A model generated the notes under the pieces. It searched no databases. It saw nothing but the letters and a program-made list of their open reading frames with translations, and was not told the origin of the DNA. Both the position numbers and the translations under genes were made by a program. Shown here one piece after another: positions 39,370 to 48,650 of a stretch of DNA of 64,000 bases (its first letter is position 1; every line of letters starts with the position of its first letter). The DNA comes from Candidatus Dojkabacteria bacterium (lineage in GTDB: Bacteria > Patescibacteriota > Dojkabacteria > JAOAGR01). The stretch spans positions 67,236 through 131,235 of the forward strand of contig JAOAGR010000004.1 in assembly GCA_026415655.1 (NCBI GenBank), in the 5' to 3' direction.

Positions 39370-39767
39370 AAGAAATAGATCCAGTGATGGAATCAAAAAT
39401 CTTGAAACTTATCAAAGCAAGAATTGGAAAAAGTAATCCGATTCAAGTGAAAGATATTATGGAATTTGTAGCTCTTCCTGATCGTGAGATCAGACGCATT
39501 GTTCAACATTTAATAAACATCAAAGGTTATGCAATCGGCTCAACAACCAAAGATCCTCACGGTTTTTTCATGATAGTGAGTCTTGATGATTACCTTGAGG
39601 CAATAAAAAACTTGATGGGAAGAAAGGAAAAAATTCATGAAAGAATAGAAGCTTTGAAAAAAGCATGTAGAAAAAATGGTCTTGAAGTACCGGAAGTCAA
39701 AATTCACGAAACACAAGGTCAGACAAATTTTTATATTAAAAATTCAATTGTAATAAACCTCAAATGA
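39366..39767 (+). CDS. Hypothetical ICE protein, possibly a DNA-binding winged helix.
   Basis: The track ORF is 39315..39767. The Met at 39366 overlaps the upstream stop (ATGA). No confident family assignment. Confidence 0.4.
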   Translation: MKEIDPVMESKILKLIKARIGKSNPIQVKDIMEFVALPDREIRRIVQHLINIKGYAIGSTTKDPHGFFMIVSLDDYLEAIKNLMGRKEKIHERIEALKKACRKNGLEVPEVKIHETQGQTNFYIKNSIVINLK

Positions 39768-40132
39768 TAAATATCAATTTTAAAATTAAAGATCCTTCAA
39801 AAGCTATGGTGAACTATATTTTGAACTGCTCATCAAATGCAACCGAGGAAGAGCATAAACTTACTGTTTATATTTTATCTGTTCTTGCATCTCAGGGAAC
39901 AGACTCTTTCCTGATCTATATGAATGAACTTCTTTTTGGATTCGATTTCATAGAAACAGATCGGATAAGCAAACGATTCCTGCCTGTAGGGCTGAACAAG
40001 AAACAAATACTTTCAGCTATTTATCAGATTAATAAACGAGGGATTCTAAGTATCGAATTGCAGGATACAAGCGCTTACGCTTTTTACGTTTATATAAACA
40101 ATAACCAGGAATATGAAGTTGTTCGCAGATAA
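39764..40132 (+). CDS. Hypothetical ICE protein.
   Basis: 122-aa ORF, translationally coupled to its neighbours. Confidence 0.4.
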   Translation: MININFKIKDPSKAMVNYILNCSSNATEEEHKLTVYILSVLASQGTDSFLIYMNELLFGFDFIETDRISKRFLPVGLNKKQILSAIYQINKRGILSIELQDTSAYAFYVYINNNQEYEVVRR

Positions 40133-43100
40133 AATTAAATCAATTTTACTCATTGGAGTTCTTGTGCTGATTCCACTTTTATCAAGTGGAAAAGCAAGGG
40201 CGGATGAATTTTATATAAATGGAGGTCTTGCTGATGATTGCCATGTAGGTTTTACTACCTCAATTTCTTACGGAGCATTACCCGCTCAAAGTACAGGAAG
40301 TGGTGGAATAACTTATGATGCTGCACATATCAGAGGGGCTAGCGGAAATGGATACCCGGAAGCAACAAGATTTGCTCCTGATCTTGGAACTCTACTTTAT
40401 CCAAATGCAAGAAGATATCCAGATATTGCAACAGAAATTGTTGTACCTCCAAACAGCAGAGTGGATATTGGTTTTTATGACCATAACTATTCCGGTCATA
40501 ATACATGGCTTTATGATGCTTATCTTTTTCTTTCCAGAACGGATACAAATGCTGGAGATTTAGGGAGACTTGGTGCTGGTGGAAACTATGGAACTTTAAG
40601 CTGGAGAGAAACATCAGGAACAAAAAATAGAAGCGGAAGGTACGCAACGCTTCCTCTCAATTACAATGCTTTAACTGATTCTAATCCAAATTACAGCAAT
40701 CAAACAGGAAGAACTATTTATTCCTTCACAACAATCCAGCCGATTATTGTTCAAGGAAGAAACGTAACTCCAGAATTTACAGGAGGAGGCAATATGAGAT
40801 TAAGATATGATTTGACCGTCAGAAATCAATCCGCATATAGCCTTCCTAATGTAAGTGTATCGCAAAATCTTCCAAATGGACAAACTTTTTCATCGACATA
40901 TAACTTTGCACCATCAGAAACAAAAGTAATCACATATTTTGCAGACATGGGAACGAGTTATCCAACTCAAATTATTTCTGCCCAGGCAGAAATTTATGAT
41001 CCAAACTTTCATAAAGAAACAGCTTCAGTAAGTGCTAGTGGAGAAAGAGGTATTATTGTCAGAAGAGGCGATGCTGGCGCTCCTGCTAATTGGTCGGCAA
41101 ATCAGCCAGATTATATTGCTTCTGGGGATTATATTTCAGTAACATTAATCCCATATAGAACGTATTCTCAACAAAATACAACAACAGTTCCTCCTCAACT
41201 CTCGGTAATTAAAAGAGTTTCCGACTCTAATGAATCAAATGTTCAAACAAATACTGTAGAGCCAAATGAAGATTTTACTTATACCATAAGTGTTAGCAAT
41301 GCAGGTGGGATTGCAAATAATGTAAGAGTTACTGATGACTATGATCAAAATGACTTAACGATAGTAAGTACTAATCCAGTTGGTGTGGATAATGCAGATA
41401 TTATCACCTGGAACTTAGGAAATATGGTTAATGGGGAGACTAGAACTTTGACTATAAATGCCAGATCAAAGACTGGATTTGCTCATGGCACACATCAAGC
41501 TCCAAACAATGTTAGTGTGATAGCTGATAATCATAATCAGATTCAGGATAATACCCAAACAAATATTGTTGCTCAGGCAAATTTAATTATAGAAAAAACA
41601 GTAAGCGATTCTGATGAATCTAATGTAAAAAACAATAATTTGCAGGGAGACTCAAATGATTCAGCCAGAACTATCTCTTATAACATCAATGTCAGAAATA
41701 TTGGTACAGCAGACGCAACAAATGTTGTTGTTACTGATGATTATCAGGAAAATAGAATGACTATCATTAATGCTGATGGTGGAACATTAAATAATGGAGT
41801 TATTACTTGGAGTATTGGTACTTTAGCAATTGGAGAAAGTAGAACATTCACAGTTACAGCACTTTTAAATCAAGGACTTCCTGATTTAACACAAGTGTTA
41901 AATACAGCAACAGTAGATTCCAATGAAACAAACCCAATTAGTGATACAGCAACAACTCTTATTCATTCTCCTGTTATTCAAGTAGAAAAGAATTCTGATA
42001 AATCAGAATATCTTCCTGGAGAAACAGTTAAGTGGAGTATAACTGTTAGAAATGTTGGTACAGGAAACGCTTACAATGTAAAAGTCATTGATGATCTTCC
42101 AACAAATGGGATTAAAGAGATAAAAAATATTTCTGATGGAGGAATTTTCTCCAGCTCGAATAATCAAATCTACTGGGTAGCATCTACACCACATTTTATT
42201 TTGAATGGCTCTTATCAGCCGGATTCAAGTTCTACTTGGGGAAATGAAAAAACTCTTTCTTATGATACCGAGCTTATACAAGTTTTTGATGAGATTGAAA
42301 TCGATTTACTAAATAAAGTCAGAGTAGAAGACTCTGCAAGAGTTATTGAAGCCGAAAAAACCGTGAGAGTAAATTCTCCAAAATTAGATTTGATAAAAGA
42401 GCAAATCCTTCCGGAGTCTGTCACTCCCGGTCAACTGATCACCTACACTTTGAATTATAAAAACTCAGGATCAGGAGCTTCTATTGATACAAGAATTACC
42501 GACACTCTTCCAATTGAAGTCGATTTTGTAGATTTTTTGGATATAGAAGGAGTTTACAATAAAGATACACATACTATTGTATGGAATTTAGGGGATATTC
42601 AACCTGGAATTGAAGGAAAAGTATCATTCAGGGTAGTTATCAAAATTCCTACTCCAACTAATACTCGGATCAGGAATATTTCTTTAATTGAATCTCCAAT
42701 TACAAAACCTGTTGTTTCAGAGGTTATTACCGTCACAACAAATTCTTGTTGTATGGGAGGCATGGTATGGGACGATAATAATAAGAATGGGATTTTTGAT
42801 GAAGATGAGGATGGAATCCAAAATGCAAGAGTAACTTTAACATGGGATAAAACTGAATTTACTAAAAGTGATTCAGTGGAAATCTTAACTGATGAGACTG
42901 GTCATTATGAATATACTGGCTTGCCTTATTTTATTCCCATTACTGTAGAAATCATAAAACCTGCAGGCTTTGATGAATTAACTACCAAAACTACTTTCAG
43001 GCTTGTTCTTTTACCTCCAAATAAGGATGGAGTTATTGAAGATTATGAAAAAGATGGTATTCGCTATTTAACCGCTTCCGGTTGTATCAAATTCTTAAAT

Positions 43101-43232
43101 GCAGGAGTCTACCGGGATATTGTAATCGCTGATACCGGACATTCTGTATTAACGCCCTTAATTTTCGGACTAGTACTAATTTTAATTGGTGCTTCAGGTC
43201 TGCTGTTTTATTTAACCAGGACAAAAGAATGA
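40113..43232 (+). CDS. Cell-surface adhesin, 1039 aa: signal peptide, multiple DUF11 (conserved repeat) domains, an SdrD-B-like domain, and a C-terminal sortase-type sorting signal (IADTG, hydrophobic helix, RTKE).
   Basis: Four DUF11-like repeats, each ending in the xxxVxVxDDxx motif: ISVSNAGGIANNVRVTDDY, NINVRNIGTADATNVVVTDDY, ITVRNVGTGNAYNVKVIDDLP, and YKNSGSGASIDTRITDTLP. SdrD-B pattern VWDDNNKNGIFDEDEDGIQNARVTL...TDETGHYEYTGLP. C-terminal IADTGHSVLTPLIFGLVLILIGASGLLFYLTRTKE. Confidence 0.75.
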   Translation: MKLFADKIKSILLIGVLVLIPLLSSGKARADEFYINGGLADDCHVGFTTSISYGALPAQSTGSGGITYDAAHIRGASGNGYPEATRFAPDLGTLLYPNARRYPDIATEIVVPPNSRVDIGFYDHNYSGHNTWLYDAYLFLSRTDTNAGDLGRLGAGGNYGTLSWRETSGTKNRSGRYATLPLNYNALTDSNPNYSNQTGRTIYSFTTIQPIIVQGRNVTPEFTGGGNMRLRYDLTVRNQSAYSLPNVSVSQNLPNGQTFSSTYNFAPSETKVITYFADMGTSYPTQIISAQAEIYDPNFHKETASVSASGERGIIVRRGDAGAPANWSANQPDYIASGDYISVTLIPYRTYSQQNTTTVPPQLSVIKRVSDSNESNVQTNTVEPNEDFTYTISVSNAGGIANNVRVTDDYDQNDLTIVSTNPVGVDNADIITWNLGNMVNGETRTLTINARSKTGFAHGTHQAPNNVSVIADNHNQIQDNTQTNIVAQANLIIEKTVSDSDESNVKNNNLQGDSNDSARTISYNINVRNIGTADATNVVVTDDYQENRMTIINADGGTLNNGVITWSIGTLAIGESRTFTVTALLNQGLPDLTQVLNTATVDSNETNPISDTATTLIHSPVIQVEKNSDKSEYLPGETVKWSITVRNVGTGNAYNVKVIDDLPTNGIKEIKNISDGGIFSSSNNQIYWVASTPHFILNGSYQPDSSSTWGNEKTLSYDTELIQVFDEIEIDLLNKVRVEDSARVIEAEKTVRVNSPKLDLIKEQILPESVTPGQLITYTLNYKNSGSGASIDTRITDTLPIEVDFVDFLDIEGVYNKDTHTIVWNLGDIQPGIEGKVSFRVVIKIPTPTNTRIRNISLIESPITKPVVSEVITVTTNSCCMGGMVWDDNNKNGIFDEDEDGIQNARVTLTWDKTEFTKSDSVEILTDETGHYEYTGLPYFIPITVEIIKPAGFDELTTKTTFRLVLLPPNKDGVIEDYEKDGIRYLTASGCIKFLNAGVYRDIVIADTGHSVLTPLIFGLVLILIGASGLLFYLTRTKE

Positions 43233-43366
43233 TTACAGTAAAAGTTTTCATTGCTCTGTGCATTTTATATGTAGTGATCATCTTTCTACGTGGAATGCAC
43301 AGAGAGAGAAGAGCAAGGTCTAAAAGACAGAAAGATGATGAGTGTTAGTTAATAAATAAAAAGATT

Positions 43367-43708
43367 ATGAAAGAAAAAGTTATCAAAACAACAAAAAAAT
43401 TCAGTGCTATTTTCGCAACATTCCTTTTTACAACGCTTCTATTCAGTTCAACTGCTTTCGCAGCCACTGATCCAACATCAGAGATTTCAAATATTATTGA
43501 AAGAATCGTAAAAATTGTTACTCAAGTTGGTTCAGGAATTCTGATACTTTTTATCGTAAAGGATGCGTTTGAAATGCTTCAAAATAAAGATAATCCGGCT
43601 TATAGAAATATTCTTCTAAGGGATATTTTTATGCTTATCATTGCAGCTATCTTCTTATTTAAACCAGATTTTATTTTACAAGCAGTTAAATTTATAGCCA
43701 ATGTTTAA
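43367..43708 (+). CDS. Small pilin-like protein (signal peptide plus two hydrophobic helices), possibly VirB2/TrbC-like.
   Basis: 113 aa. Signal peptide FATFLFTTLLFSSTAFAA. Two hydrophobic stretches, SGILILFIV and FMLIIAAIFLF. Located at the head of the T4SS gene block. Confidence 0.4.
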   Translation: MKEKVIKTTKKFSAIFATFLFTTLLFSSTAFAATDPTSEISNIIERIVKIVTQVGSGILILFIVKDAFEMLQNKDNPAYRNILLRDIFMLIIAAIFLFKPDFILQAVKFIANV

Positions 43709-45425
43709 ACTATTTTCAAAATTGAATCCTGTAGGAGAAAAAGTTAAAACTCTCCTACGAAAATATCGTAGTTCAGATATTGAAGTTAAAAAACAAATTC
43801 GCTGGATTGTTGCTTTGGCATCAATTCTTCTAGCTGTAATTTGTATTGCAATTGGTATTACTAATTCAAATTCGCCTCAAGCAACCAAACAGGAAATACG
43901 AATAGAACAAAGAGAGGATTTGCCAAAAGGCTTGCCGAATCCAATTGATCTGGTGAATCCGTTCAAGAGTTTTCAGGAAGGGATCATTGATGGAGTTTCG
44001 GAAATCATCAAACAAACTGTGGGGCTTTTTGATGACTATGTAGGTTTTACCCCAAATATTGCAAGAAATGATGGCGAAATTAAAGACTCCTCAGGTAAAA
44101 CGATACCAATGGGATTCGATAAATTTTATCGGGTAACAATGAATATTGCATGGGCAATACTGCCATTGGTGATAGTTTTATATGGTGCATTTCTCGCTCT
44201 CGAAGGTGGTTTTAGAGGAGTGCAACTACTTCAACAAATTTCAAAAAAAGTATTACTTTTTGTAATTGCGATGGTCGCTATGAGATTTGTATTTGGATTA
44301 TTTATAGATCTTAATAATGGGATTAACTCGTATGTTCTTCAAAACCTTTTGGGAAGCCCGAAACTTTCTGATGCTATTCTTAACTCTCTTGGTCTTGCAA
44401 TTTCAGACAATAAACTTACATTTTCAATAGCAGGTGTTTTAAATACCTTTGGAGAAATAATCCTTTGGATTGGATTGTTTTTTATGCTTATGACTTTGCT
44501 TTTTCAATTTGTCATAAGATTTTTCCATCTATTGCTTCATGTGTTAATGTTTCCAATTGTACTAATTATCAGTTTGTTACCAGGAGGCGAACAATTCTTT
44601 AAAAATTATGTAGAAGAACTTTTAAGATCGCTTTTCCTTCAGCCAATATTTCTTGTTGGACTTGCAATTGTTATCCAAATTATAAGTAGCGTAAATCAGC
44701 CTGTTCCTAAAGTAATTCTGGGACTTGGTTCACTTGCATTTATGAATCTTATTCCATCAATCGTTAATCGTTTTAGCGGAATCTTGTGGGGACTCGGAGG
44801 TTCAGTTGCTGGTGGATTGCTTGCTACTGCGACTGTCGCTCATGCAGGAAAACTAAAAGATGGTGTCGTCGCAGGTTTGTCAGGAGGGCAGACATCATCA
44901 ATTAGAAATCTTGCAGGCAAAACAATAGGAGAAACAATTATTTCAAGATTCCCTTCCAGACCATCTTTAAGTAATAAAGCTGGTACTGGAACTAATTATC
45001 AAAACTCTAAATTAACATATCAGCCAAGTGAACCTACAAAAGAACTTTATCCAGTCAAAAGCTCTCAAAACGGAATGAGGCAATTTGCAGAAAAACCTTC
45101 AAATCCAAATTCAAAGCCTTATACAGTTCATATGGGAAGAACTTTTGATACAGGAAGTAAGGAACACTGGAATAATCTGACTTCGTGGTATCGATCGCAA
45201 AAAGACTTAATGTCGGGTAAATCAGAAGATCAGATTTCCGATTATCTATCAAATGCTTCAAATAAAAGGGAAATTATTAATGAAGCAAATAATGCAGGTT
45301 TCTTCACCCAAAATGGTATCAGAACAATAAAATTACCATCTGAAGATGCTGGAGAAAATTCTTATTTACAAATACCAAGACCAAAGAAAAAAGATGCAGG
45401 AGATAGTACCACCCAAATTAAATAA
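43701..45425 (+). CDS. Polytopic membrane protein, VirB6/TrbL-like (PrgH/TcpH-type), with a hydrophilic C-terminal extension.
   Basis: 574 aa with five to seven hydrophobic helices followed by a roughly 180-aa polar tail. Lies between the pilin-like gene and the VirB4-like gene. Confidence 0.5.
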   Translation: MFKLFSKLNPVGEKVKTLLRKYRSSDIEVKKQIRWIVALASILLAVICIAIGITNSNSPQATKQEIRIEQREDLPKGLPNPIDLVNPFKSFQEGIIDGVSEIIKQTVGLFDDYVGFTPNIARNDGEIKDSSGKTIPMGFDKFYRVTMNIAWAILPLVIVLYGAFLALEGGFRGVQLLQQISKKVLLFVIAMVAMRFVFGLFIDLNNGINSYVLQNLLGSPKLSDAILNSLGLAISDNKLTFSIAGVLNTFGEIILWIGLFFMLMTLLFQFVIRFFHLLLHVLMFPIVLIISLLPGGEQFFKNYVEELLRSLFLQPIFLVGLAIVIQIISSVNQPVPKVILGLGSLAFMNLIPSIVNRFSGILWGLGGSVAGGLLATATVAHAGKLKDGVVAGLSGGQTSSIRNLAGKTIGETIISRFPSRPSLSNKAGTGTNYQNSKLTYQPSEPTKELYPVKSSQNGMRQFAEKPSNPNSKPYTVHMGRTFDTGSKEHWNNLTSWYRSQKDLMSGKSEDQISDYLSNASNKREIINEANNAGFFTQNGIRTIKLPSEDAGENSYLQIPRPKKKDAGDSTTQIK

Positions 45426-46149
45426 AGATACCGGAATCCTCTCACTGTTTTTAAACAGAAGAAACTTTATTCTAACGATTGGAATTGGAGCTTCGTTTCT
45501 AATCTGGACTTCTTCCAGATTCAGCTCCGATACACAAACTATTCTTGAACTTGCTGTAATTTTTTGTTTAGCACCCTTCCTTTTTGATGTTTATGGAAGA
45601 CCAATGCATATATTTATAAAAGATTTCTTTAGATATATTTTTTCCAGAAAACAGAAAAGTATTACAGAAATTATTGAATATGAAGGTAATTATATAAAAA
45701 CAGGAAATTTATCGTTCGCAAAGGTTTACGGGATAGAGCCTGTAAACCTTTCAATGAGCAGTGAGGAAGAGGTAAATGCCTTTAAAAGATATATTCAACA
45801 GTCTCTATTTGCTTTAACTGAACAGATTCAACTCCTTACAATTCAAAGATATTCAGTTGATGATTCTGGTCTTGATATTGAAGAAAAAAGACTCGGGAAA
45901 TTGAAAGGTATTCTCAAGAAAAGATGCAAAGAATATCTGGAAGAGTATTCACTTTTAAGTCACACGATAGAAAGAAGTTTCTACCTGATTATTTCTGCAA
46001 ATTCCAAAAACGAGGTTGATGCAATTAAAAAAATTGACGATCAGGAAAATTCATTTGGAAGGTTATTAGAACAATCAAAGATTAAGCTAACCCCTCTTGA
46101 GTTCCCAGAAGTTAAAGATGTCTCAAGATTTATTTTACAAAGAAAGTAG
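45346..46149 (+). CDS. T4SS-associated membrane protein, possibly VirB3-like or a VirB4 N-terminal domain analogue, immediately upstream of the VirB4-like ATPase.
   Basis: 267 aa with two N-proximal TM helices. Overlaps the upstream gene by up to 80 nt. Its stop lies 2 nt before the ATPase start. Confidence 0.4.
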   Translation: MLEKILIYKYQDQRKKMQEIVPPKLNKDTGILSLFLNRRNFILTIGIGASFLIWTSSRFSSDTQTILELAVIFCLAPFLFDVYGRPMHIFIKDFFRYIFSRKQKSITEIIEYEGNYIKTGNLSFAKVYGIEPVNLSMSSEEEVNAFKRYIQQSLFALTEQIQLLTIQRYSVDDSGLDIEEKRLGKLKGILKKRCKEYLEEYSLLSHTIERSFYLIISANSKNEVDAIKKIDDQENSFGRLLEQSKIKLTPLEFPEVKDVSRFILQRK

Positions 46150-46151
46150 CC

Positions 46152-47984
46152 ATGAAATTCATTAAATATTTTAAAACTCAAACAAAGTTTGCAGTAAAAG
46201 ATTTAAACTCTAGGATTGAGAAAGTTGCAATCTCTGCTTCAACTCCTAAAAGATCAAGAGATCCTGTTAAACCACCTTCAAATTTAAGTCCTGCTTACGA
46301 ATTATCAGATAAAGGGAAATTTCTAAAAACAGAGAATTTATTCCAGGAATCATTTGTAGTTTCTGAGTTCCCACAAATCATTTATCCCAATTGGCTTTAT
46401 GACTTAATGAATTATTCTGAACCTCTTGTAATTTCCCAGTTTATTAAACCAATCGACTCAGGGAAAGCATTAACGGGACTTCGCAATCGTATTACAAATC
46501 TTTCTGCACAATATTACGACAGACAGGAAAAAGGGAAGCTACACACAACAGATCTTGAACAGGCGATAAGAGATGCCAGAACTATTGAAGATTCAATAGT
46601 TAGAGGAGTAGAAAAACTTTATTCCATGGGAATGTATGTCAATTTGGCAAGTGAGGACAAAACCGAACTTGATAAAAGTTCAAAAGTTTTAAAAGATTTT
46701 GCTTATGCAAAACAGCTAAAAGTTCACTCTCTTGCTTATAAACAAAAAGAAGCACTTGAAACATTTTTACCAAAAAATATAAATTACATAAATGAAGAAT
46801 TTTTCCTCACAAGTCAAAATGTTTCCTCATCTCTTCCCTTCACATCTGCTACTTTAAATGATCCAGAAGGAATTTTTTATGGAATAACAGTTGGAGGATC
46901 AAAGGTAAGATTTGATAGATTTTCCAAATCCTCAAAAAACTTCAATGGAATAATTTTTGCTACTAGTGGTGCTGGAAAAAGTTTTGCTGCAAAGCTTGAG
47001 GCATATAGAAGTTTGTTCCGTGGAATAAAAGTTTTTGTAATCGATCCGGAAGGTGAATTTAGAGCTTTAAGTGATGCTGTTGGCGGTACTGTTATTGATA
47101 TAAATCCAGAAAGTAAGATTAAAGTTAATCCACTTCAATTTTTCTCTACCGGGAACGATTCCAAAGAGATTATGAGAACTCACCTTGGAGTTGTGAAAGG
47201 CTTACTCAAGATATGGCTTTCTGATGATTCTTATAATCGTGGGCTTGTAAGTAAATGTGTTAATCAAGCTTATCAAAATGCTGGAATTATTCTGGAAGAT
47301 CCTTATACATACAGTAATCAGCCACCAACAATCACTGATCTTATAAATGTATTTGAGAAAAACGGTGATGAAGGTAAAGTTATTGCAACAGAACTATTGG
47401 AATACTCCAAAAAAGGTGAGCTTGGTGATCTTTACGATAACCCAACAAGTTCGGAGGTCGATTTTAATGCACCTATAACGGTTTTTAATATTCAAAAAGT
47501 TCCAGATCAGGAAAAGCAGGCAGCTATCTTTTATCTTTCGAATTTTATCTGGCAAAAAGTACTTGCCGATAGAGAAAAAAAGATCTTGATTATTGACGAA
47601 GCACATCTTCTTTTAAAAGAGGAGTCATCGGCAAATTTTATAGAAAATTTGGTAAGGAGAGGAAGAAAGTATAATTTAGGAGTCATTTGTATTTCTCAGG
47701 ATGTAGATGATTTTTTAAACAGCCCTCAGGGAAGCGTTATAGCAAAAAATGCTGATACCGCATTAATTTTATCTCAGAAAAAACAATCAATACCTCATCT
47801 TGTTAAGACATTTGATCTCTCAAATGCTGAACAGGATTACATTACGAGACTTTCAAAAGGTCAGGCTCTTTTTGTAAAGGGAAATATTCATTCACATTTA
47901 TATATTTTTCCTACACCCCATGAAAAAATCCTGTTTTCTTCAAATGCGGTAGATCTAGCGAGAAAGGAGAAACAAAATGCCTGA
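46152..47984 (+). CDS. VirB4/TrbE-family conjugation ATPase (PrgJ/TcpF-like).
   Basis: Walker A GIIFATSGAGKSFAA. Walker B KKILIIDEAHLLL. ISQDVDDF at the C-terminus. Fits VirB4 C-terminal ATPase architecture. Confidence 0.75.
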   Translation: MKFIKYFKTQTKFAVKDLNSRIEKVAISASTPKRSRDPVKPPSNLSPAYELSDKGKFLKTENLFQESFVVSEFPQIIYPNWLYDLMNYSEPLVISQFIKPIDSGKALTGLRNRITNLSAQYYDRQEKGKLHTTDLEQAIRDARTIEDSIVRGVEKLYSMGMYVNLASEDKTELDKSSKVLKDFAYAKQLKVHSLAYKQKEALETFLPKNINYINEEFFLTSQNVSSSLPFTSATLNDPEGIFYGITVGGSKVRFDRFSKSSKNFNGIIFATSGAGKSFAAKLEAYRSLFRGIKVFVIDPEGEFRALSDAVGGTVIDINPESKIKVNPLQFFSTGNDSKEIMRTHLGVVKGLLKIWLSDDSYNRGLVSKCVNQAYQNAGIILEDPYTYSNQPPTITDLINVFEKNGDEGKVIATELLEYSKKGELGDLYDNPTSSEVDFNAPITVFNIQKVPDQEKQAAIFYLSNFIWQKVLADREKKILIIDEAHLLLKEESSANFIENLVRRGRKYNLGVICISQDVDDFLNSPQGSVIAKNADTALILSQKKQSIPHLVKTFDLSNAEQDYITRLSKGQALFVKGNIHSHLYIFPTPHEKILFSSNAVDLARKEKQNA

Positions 47985-48645
47985 GGAAATAAAACCGAAT
48001 TTAATAGCAGGGTACTTCTTTCTATTTTTAATAATTACTTTTGTCTTTGGAGCTGGATTCCTGATTGAAAGTTATTTTAACGGGAATCTAAATAAATTTT
48101 TTCCAAAAGTAGAAGATCAAATTATTACTCAAAAGATAGAAGGAGAAGTCCAATTTCCTGTTAGTCCAACTGAGATTATTACTGTTACTCCGAGCCCGGA
48201 AGTAACTTCACTACCAACTCTATCAGCTCCCTCTTCTACTCCAATTCCTACAGCAACAGCTCAACCAACATCTGTCCCCACAACGAAGCCCCCTGTTGTC
48301 ATTACTACAACCAAACCTTTACCTACGGAAACTTCAAAGCCTCTTTCTTCTCTTAAATTGAGTTGTTCTATTACAAATACACAGCCAAAAGCAGGTCAAA
48401 ATGTCTCTGTAAATTGTTTTGCAAAAGATCAATCTGGAAATCCAGTTAATAACGTAATTTTGAAGCTTTCTATTGTATGGCAATCTGGCTCGCAAGTATT
48501 AAATATGCCTTCGAGCAATAGTTCTGGCACTTCACAAATTACAATTGTTGTTCCTGAAGGAAATAAGGGCATTGTAACGGCAAACATAACAGCAGAAAAA
48601 GACGGGCTTAAGGTAAATACGAATTTTACTTTAAATATTCAATAA
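47977..48645 (+). CDS. Membrane-anchored protein with a PT-rich linker and a C-terminal Ig-like beta domain. It sits where the VirB8/TcpC-like component is expected.
   Basis: N-terminal TM segment YFFLFLIITFVFGAGFLI. Linker TVTPSPEVTSLPTLSAPSSTPIPTATAQPTSVPTTKPPVVITTTKP. Confidence 0.45.
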   Translation: MPEEIKPNLIAGYFFLFLIITFVFGAGFLIESYFNGNLNKFFPKVEDQIITQKIEGEVQFPVSPTEIITVTPSPEVTSLPTLSAPSSTPIPTATAQPTSVPTTKPPVVITTTKPLPTETSKPLSSLKLSCSITNTQPKAGQNVSVNCFAKDQSGNPVNNVILKLSIVWQSGSQVLNMPSSNSSGTSQITIVVPEGNKGIVTANITAEKDGLKVNTNFTLNIQ

Positions 48646-48650
48646 ATCTT

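Noticed and set aside
45346-47984. Merging the 267-aa and 610-aa ORFs into one frameshifted VirB4 gene.
   Set aside because: In the downstream frame there is an in-frame stop at 46113-46115, so only a frameshift within the last 35 nt could join them. A two-gene VirB3-like + VirB4 arrangement explains the data without invoking an error.
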